Assembly: GCA_964016885.1 (NCBI GenBank)
Contig: OZ024742.1
Location: 81,158,001-81,222,000 of the forward strand
Direction: 5' to 3'
DNA length: 64,000 nt
Source: Eledone cirrhosa
Taxonomy: Eukaryota
Within the stretch, counting starts at the first letter, position 1. Each line of letters begins with the position of its first letter. The position numbers were made by a program, and so were the translations under genes. The notes under the pieces are model-generated. The model had not been told where the DNA came from. It ran no database searches and saw nothing but the letters and a program-made list of their open reading frames with translations. Positions 56,534 to 64,000 of the stretch are shown here, in pieces.

Positions 56534-57104
56534 GGTAAATATCTTTAAGTCGTTTGGAAGCCTCGACAATGCAAATGGGTAAATCTCCGGGTAACAAGAT
56601 CAGGTGGTGGAGAGAGAGATGTAAGTGAGTGTACGTTGAGATGCGTGGCGTGTATAAGACGTGTAGAGGAATGAAGGAAAGAGTATAAAGGATAAAATAA
56701 AAATAACAACACGAGAGAGAGTTACCTTGGGAGAGATTTAATTGTCCCTATATATTTCGGATTCCCATCCATCAACTGGGGGTATTTCCGGGGTGGGGGA
56801 AAGGTTGTCTGTCGGAAAGGTGCGAAACGCATCCTCAGCTGTTTGTTGTTTTGAATATCTGAGGCATTCCGCAGAGCGAAATATATAGGGACAATTAAAT
56901 CTCTCCCAAGGTAACTCTCTCTCTCGTGTTGTTATTTTAATTTTATCCTTTATACTCTTTCCTTCATTCCTCTACACGTCTTATACACGCCACGCATCTC
57001 AACGTACACCCAGTTACATCTCTCTCTCCACTACCGGATCTTGTTACTCGGAGATTTACCCATTTGCGTTGTCTAGGCTTCGAAACGACTTATAGATATT
57101 TACC
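56534..57104. repeat. Fold-back with ~226-bp arms (56534-56759 / 56877-57104); family G; diverged copy at ~62571-62760
   Basis: Reverse-complement arms; degenerate HHR at 56744-56782 on the minus strand: cccc CAGTTGA t ggat ggga atcc GAAA tata TA gggac. Confidence 0.88.
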
Positions 57105-57150
<46 letters not shown>

Positions 57151-57298
57151 ATTAGAATCAGTGCTCTGAAATAGCGATATATATATGAATGTATATATAT
57201 GGTGCATTTTGCTTAATTGAAATCATTTTGAAGACCTTGCGCTATTGTTTTAAAGTAACTATGTTACTTACTTCTATTTTCAGCAAATAATGGGAGAT

Positions 57299-57344
57299 AA
57301 GCTGACAGAGCTCTGTTTCGTACTGTTGGTACTTATCAAAGCCT
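57299..57344 (-). ncRNA. Type-I hammerhead with U3-A8 core (family F)
   Basis: aggct TTGATAA gtac caaca gtac GAAA cagagctctg TC agctt. Confidence 0.82.
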
Positions 57345-57685
57345 AACACTTTCCTTGTTTGCTAAAAATTATGAATGTTGGATTCTTATAGAATTCCAGT
57401 AATAATCAGGAACTGATTATACAGAGCGGTTACCGGTCCAGCAAAACTTGAAAATTAGAATTAGTGCTCTGAAATAGCGATAAAATGCTTTTAATTACGC
57501 ATACAGTGCCTTGCAAAATACACTATATATACGTTCATATATATATATATCGCTATTTCAGAGCACCAATTATAATTTTCAAATTTTGCTGGACCGGCAA
57601 CCGCTGTGTATAATCAGTTCCTGATTATTACTGGAATTCTATAAGAATCCAACGTTCATAATGTTCAGCAAACAAGGGAAGTGCT

Positions 57686-57731
57686 AGGCTTTGATAAGTA
57701 CCAACAGTACGAAACAGATCTCTATCAGCTT
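57686..57731 (+). ncRNA. Type-I hammerhead with U3-A8 core (family F, stem III mutated)
   Basis: aggct TTGATAA gtac caaca gtac GAAA cagatctcta TC agctt. Confidence 0.75.
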
Positions 57732-60235
57732 ATCTCCCCTTGTTTTCTGAAAATAGAAGTAAGTGACATAGCCACTAGTTTAAAACAATAGCGCGAGGTC
57801 TTCAAAATGCTTTTAATTAAGCATACAGTGTATTGCAAAATACACTATATATACATTCATATATATATATATTTATTCCTGCGCTCTTCATAATAATTGT
57901 TGCGAAACAAATTTAGAATGTGTCCGGGTATCACGACCATTGCCACATTGGTCAGTTGTTAGAACATTCCTCATTCAAAGTGTTGTTATTGTTGGAGTTA
58001 GCTTAAAAAATTGATAAAGTGGTAGAAGGAACAAGGTGGTAAATAACAGAAAAAAGTGTCAAACTTCCCATTGGTCAGATTTGAGAGCATTCCTCAGTCA
58101 GAAGTCTATAGAATTCTTTCTGGGGTGAGGCTCCCTGTAGTGTTTGTGTTTGCTATTGTTAAGTACATTTGACCTCTACCATTATTACAGTAGTGTTGTT
58201 GGTGTTTTGGTCAGCTTATGTCTTGCTGCTGCTGACAATTTAGAAGTATCTGTGTGTGTTGTTTCTTCTCCCTCCTGCCACCATCTCTCATAGTGGTGGT
58301 GGTGGTAGGGGGTGGAGGGTTCTTCCATGTATATGAAGAAATATAAGGCAATAAATGAAGAAAACAGAAAATAAATAATAAATAGAGAATAAAGAATAAA
58401 GAATAAATGAAAAATTGTTGAAAAAGTAATGAAAATGAATATGGAGAAGTGAAAAATAAAATGAAGATTCAAATAAAGTAGGATAAAGTGTGTGTGTGCT
58501 ATAACCAATCTCAAGGTCAGGAATATGTTGGATAGATTGGTATGGGGACAAGATGTTAAAATAAGATAATCAAACAAAATGTGTTTGTGTTATAATCAAT
58601 CTCAACTTAAAAATAAATATAAGTTGATACAGTGAAGAGAACAGAAGACAAATAACAAATTAATAAATTAATAAAGAGAAATCAAGATTTAAAATTGGAA
58701 CTTGAAAATCAGAAATCAAGTAATTTAAAATGTGTTTGTGTTATATAGATGTTGGCCAAATTATAATGGCTGTGTCCGATTCAGTCTCTAGGCTATCATG
58801 GTGTCTGCTCAGCCTGGGTTGTTCTCTATGGCTTGAGGCGAGTTCTCAACCTAGGGTGTTGTTACTGCGCATATACTCAACATATACTCAAAATCTATAT
58901 ATATATATATATATATAAAGAAAATGGAAAGAGAGGGTATCACGTATTCAAATATCACTTTATTCCATTACAACACAGCATTATACAAATTTCAATCGTA
59001 CAGAAAAGTAATTATTCAACCATTATTGAACACGTGTTCATATGTTATGGCAGGTATATCAAAGGCGAAAACAAACAAGTATTAGAGGACTAAACTATTC
59101 TGATGTCAGCTCGTGCCGTAGAAAACAAATCCACATTTTTGTTAGTATGATGCGTATGTGATAATAACAAACCAAAAATGAACAAACGAACAGACTGAAG
59201 AATGAGGTATCGAGGGAAAATACACCAAGCTTGTATCGTTTCACCAGCCAAAAGCAAAGGCACAGACAATGGGTGGGAGTGGAAGCACCAGTAGAAGCAG
59301 CAACAGTGAGATACGCGCAGATTGGGAGAGAGAGAGGGGGATGAGCAATAGGAGGAGAAGAGACATAGAGTAGAAAAACGAAGGTATTTATTCGGCTTCA
59401 AGCCACGATTTTTCTCGACGAAGCGTATTGTAATTATACATATAAATTGTTCCAAACTCTAACGCGAGTACAACTATTCGAACAGGCGAATCCCGTCAAT
59501 GAGCTTTCAGTTATGTGTGATTGTGTATAATCTAGCAAAACGTTTAAATTTAACGCTCCTACATGTCAACTCCCTCTTGTTTCAATCATTTATACGTTTC
59601 ACCTACCTCATGACTTTTCCCCACGCCATACCGACCATTGGTCGCTGTTCTCCAACCATAAGTGTAACGTTACTCACTCGGCTGTTTTAACAGCTCATCA
59701 TCGTGTTCAAGTTTTCAACTCTTTATATACATTTCCAAAATACTCAGGCTTTATCTCCGTAATATTCGAATAACCCATTGCTTCGAAATGCCGAATATGT
59801 GGCTGTAAATGAAAGTTCTTGCTAAAAACTATCCTTAATTACAGTGCTCCACTAGGATTGAACACCAAAATTTACATAATTATGGTATTCAAAGGAGAAT
59901 TCATCACATCTGTATGTATATACTCATACATCGAGAGGGATTCTTAGGGGTACTTTATGTAATTGAGCTATGGTTCTCCATTTATATAAAACATCGTGGA
60001 TCACATCCCTCTTTATGTATCGTTGACAGACCTTTCCGGAGAAGAAGAGAGAGAGAGTCTGTGATTGAGTGGAAGACAGAGGAAGACATACAGAAAGAAT
60101 CGTCCGACTACTGGACCCATCTCTTCTTTGTCGACCTCTAAAAGATGACGAATTTGACTCCGCCGCGGTAATTGGACAAAGAGCCGGAAAGAAAACCGCA
60201 AGTCATTCTATCCGGACAGAGCGATTCTACCAAAC

Positions 60236-60281
<46 letters not shown>

Positions 60282-60789
60282 TTTCATACATATTTACATA
60301 AGGCGTAGTCAATGGTGTACCCAGTTGACATAACACACCAAATATGCCCATTGATTTCTCTCATATTTAAAAATAGTTGATATAGATTAATTTGTGTTCA
60401 TTACTTTATCCCTGTATGATATAAATAATTACTAAACTGTTAGTTTAGTTCAATATAAAAATATGATTCCCATTGCGTTATTGGATAGAGGATTTTAGTG
60501 AAAACCGGATGTTGGGTCTGTACAATAAAGCATTTAATGTAACAGTAATGCTTGAAATATTATGATGTTTACGAAATCCGGAACCATATTTCAGGTAGAT
60601 AAGCTAGAGTATTTTAAGATTACGTACCTGGACAAATTGAAGTTCGTAGAGTTGGTATGTCCGATATTTGTTTGTTTGTTTGTTTGTCCTGCACAACACA
60701 CAACACCCCATCAGGGGATAATACTCATATGGTACAGTTTTTAGTATAAGCAAATCAAATATAAACTGGCAATCCTTCCCTTGCGGCGG

Positions 60790-60896
60790 TGAGTGTTCCA
60801 TTTGATTCGATCAACAGAACAGCTTCCTGTGATATTAACGTGAAAATGCTTGAACTCCTGAGCCGAATCCAGTAACCACTAAACTACGCGCCTTCA
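60790..60896. mobile_element. SINE fragments
   Basis: gatcaacagaacagc...attaacgtg body, plus a tRNA-like head on the minus strand (tgaaggcgcgtagtttagtggt). Confidence 0.45.
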
Positions 60897-61256
60897 CTCA
60901 TAGATACCCCACTGTTTTAAAATATATCTATCTATATAAACTACAATAATATTCCCTAAGGCTTCGCATCATTTGTGCTGGGGAAGTTGTTGATAAACAA
61001 CCATGGAAAAGAATTCGTTAACATTGCATTTTGAAGTTTAGGTGAAAATATCGGTGGGTCTAGCTATGTGTACACACATGCATATTGCACACACACACAC
61101 ACACCCACACACGCACACGCATACCCACACACACATACACATACACATGCACACACACACATGCACACACACATAGATATAAATATATATATATGTGTGT
61201 GTGTGTGCGTGTGTGTGTTTGATATGCGTGTGTACATACACATACGCACACACATG

Positions 61257-61289
<33 letters not shown>

Positions 61290-61412
61290 GTGTGTATGTC
61301 TGTGTGTGTGTTGGTGTGTGTATGTGAGGTGTGTTATATGTGTGTGTCTTTGACCACATTCCATGGTTAATAATTGAAATCCATCATGCACATTTTTCCC
61401 TGCATCCAATAT

Positions 61413-62180
61413 TTATACCAGACTTCTCGACATACTACTCTCTGATCGATTATTGATTTGCGGTTCGAGACGTTTTATCCGGTGTGCTTTCTTGATCTTC
61501 AAAGTTCCAACGTTATGATCTGTCACAAACACTGTGACAGTTGGCCTTCCGTCTTTGTTTCCGCATTTGATCATGTGTTTTCGTAAAGACAAGGCTCTAG
61601 TTTTGCCATATACTTTGATTCCTACGTGTAAATGTCAGATGGTGCAGCCGATGTAAAATTCGTTACACCTATCACATTCAATCTTATATACGACGTACGT
61701 AGACAAGCAACAGTTTCTCTGGCGAGTCGGACAGTTATTTAGAGAAGACGTGTTATCCCGAGTAAGCCAAATGGATATCGAGATCCCCCTCCGTATGGCT
61801 CTGCCGATAGCGCGCGTGAATCTTTTTGCCCAGGTGCGGGATCGTAAGGAAGCACTTATGTTTCAAGTTTCTCTCTGCCTCCAATGTCTGGGGTCACTTA
61901 TTCCGTTCGTAAAAGATGCTGGATATACGATTGTTTCCAACACACTACGGAATTGCTTGATGTGGGTAACACCACTCGCGTGATCACTGCATCTATCTCT
62001 TATCCGCGTGATTAATTTGTGATTACACTCTTTTGGCACAGTTACGGAGGGCAGACTTTACAGTGGCCGAATAGGTCCCTGCAGGCCGCTATGAGGTAGA
62101 AGTTAGTATTGACATCTCCCTGTTACGCGATGTTGAGTCGACAATGGAGGAGGGAAAGGGATCCATAGTCGTTCGGATCC
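61413..62180 (-). mobile_element. Degenerate Penelope-like thumb + GIY-YIG fragment (not in the ORF track)
   Basis: Manual translation: ...IRDRCSD..KQFRSVLETIVYP...SLNNCPTRQRNCCLSTYVVYKIECDRCNEFYIGCTI*HLH...KRLEPQINNRSE. Confidence 0.8.
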
Positions 62181-62783
62181 TCTATCAATAATTGATCGGA
62201 GATAAGTGAGACGAGATGGCTGGTATAAATGGAACAACACAAACACATGCGGCAGTCGAGCGAATGTTAGTATGTGTATATAAACCACCCAACGACCGAT
62301 ACAGACAAACACGGACAGACGTCTGCTACCCTACTAGCTACCATTGACAGGACGCAAAGACTTGGCAGCAATGATCCGTACACACAACCCCAGCAACCCA
62401 TTATTCTAGTGTGAACGACTGCTACAATTTACCACTTTACTTGACGCACCACATATGCGCTCAATTGAGTATTACAATTGTACGCACACGGTGAACAACA
62501 AAGCCCACGCGCTGTACTTTCCCCAACGCAACTCTTTCCCTTTGCAAAACCCGTTGTTGAATGTGATACCCGAAATATATGGAGAACTAAATCGCTTTCA
62601 AGGAACTCTATATCTTGCTGTCTTTTTACGACATTCTTATGTTCTCTTACACTCTCTACGTCTCTTTCTACGCTTCTTCCAACTTCTCTCCCTCATCTCA
62701 TTACTACCTGATTTTATTACCCGGAGATTTACGCAATTTCATTGTTAAGACTTCCAAATCAACTACTTTATATATTTATATTC

Positions 62784-62870
<87 letters not shown>

Positions 62871-62873
62871 ATA

Positions 62874-63137
62874 TATTATTCAAAATATTAATAAATGAAG
62901 ACGTTCACATAATCAAAATATATGTTTTATTATATATATTTCGGAGGTACTATGGTGTTTTTTCTCTACGTCCTCAGCAGATAAAATATATGAATCGATG
63001 TATGACATACATCAATTCATATATTTTATCTGATGAGGACGTACTGAAAAAAACAGCACAGTACCTCCGAAATATATATAATAAAACATATAGTTTGATT
63101 ATGTGAGCGTCTTCATTTATTAATATTTTGAATAATA
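62874..63137. repeat. Almost spacer-less 264-bp palindrome, HHR family A'
   Basis: Centre gatgtatg-a-catacatc at ~63005; arms are reverse complements. Confidence 0.92.
63024..63086 (+). ncRNA. Canonical-core minimal type-I hammerhead (family A'); mutated mirror copy at 62925-62986 (-)
   Basis: ttttat CTGATGA ggacgtactg aaaaaaacagca cagtacctcc GAAA tatata TA ataaaa. Confidence 0.88.
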
Positions 63138-63232
63138 TTAATAATTCCAGAAAACTTATGTAGAGTGTTTTTAATCTATTGTAAAACTTGAGTAATCAAT
63201 GAACCATATTAATCTTTGGTTACATATATATA

Positions 63233-63310
<78 letters not shown>

Positions 63311-63442
63311 TCATAAGGACATATATGTATATATTTAGACATAGTCACAGACACATATATGAGTATGGCTACCTTCATGTGTGTGGCTCTATAAAATAAT
63401 TAATTAAGCAAATAATTATTAATCAGAGCTATATAAAATTAT

Positions 63443-63730
63443 AAGTTTGAAGAACAGTCAGACAAAATATATCCAATTCTTTTCCTCCTTAGTCCGTACT
63501 AGATAAATAATCACTTATACGGTGCTAAGTTTAAAATGAAACTTTGAAGAAATAACCGATAAATATCACAGACTTTCCTCTGTGCGGAACAGTCAGATAA
63601 AATTTACACAGTCTTTCCTCTTAGTCCGTAGAAATTAACTAGACAAATAATCAATTAAACGGAGCTAAGTCTAAAATGCAAGTTTGAAGAAAAAAATGCA
63701 TATAAATTTTACCAAAATTCTTCTAGTCCC
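63443..63730 (+). repeat. Diverged ~140-bp tandem repeat
   Basis: gaacagtcaga.aaaat, cttagtccgta, ctaga.aaataatca and gctaagt.taaaatg each recur. Confidence 0.7.
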
Positions 63731-64000
63731 ACTATCGATAATTTCGCTCGTATTTTGTGGATATGTCTAATCGTGGTATCATCCATGAGGCTTCAAGCTT
63801 TTCAAGAGTCTCCCTCAGTTAGGACTAAAGTTTCTCAAGTGATCGCCGCCAGTAACGAATTAAAAAGGCGTGAAAAACATCACGTGACTGACGGTCAAAG
63901 TAGAAGGGTTGTGAAGAGTAGACCGGATGGCAGGTTGTTTCATTGCTAGAGGGGGCTTTATGTCCTTATAAATCTATTCTATAGTCCCTTACTCTTGAGT

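Larger units (their letters stand above)
57151..57865. mobile_element. Head-to-head pair of terminally redundant ~300-320-nt HHR units (non-LTR retrozyme-like, family F)
   Basis: Direct repeats 57151/57454 (period 303) and 57482/57804 (period 322); the two halves are reverse complements. Confidence 0.85.

Overview
AT-rich, microsatellite-laden animal genomic DNA. The SINE families resemble those I recall from Octopus; this is from memory, not a search. No host protein-coding gene could be supported. The window is mostly decayed transposons: two degenerate RepHel Helitrons (one preceded head-to-tail by its own deletion derivative), three RTE/RTE-like LINEs (one with three C-terminal C2H2 fingers), an R4/Dong-like RT fragment, five Penelope-like (GIY-YIG) fragments, tRNA-SINEs and a MITE. 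The hidden layer is about ten different short non-coding fold-back elements sitting in (TA)n tracts. Most carry minimal type-I hammerhead ribozyme (HHR) motifs with palindromic stem III, about 14 motif copies in about 8 sequence families. Observed features include stem-II covariation, compensatory U3-A8 cores, a circularly permuted ~310-nt retrozyme-like unit, a consistent head-to-head polarity, fold-back points on the ribozyme itself and nested palindromes. All folds were assigned by eye and ribozyme activity is untested.
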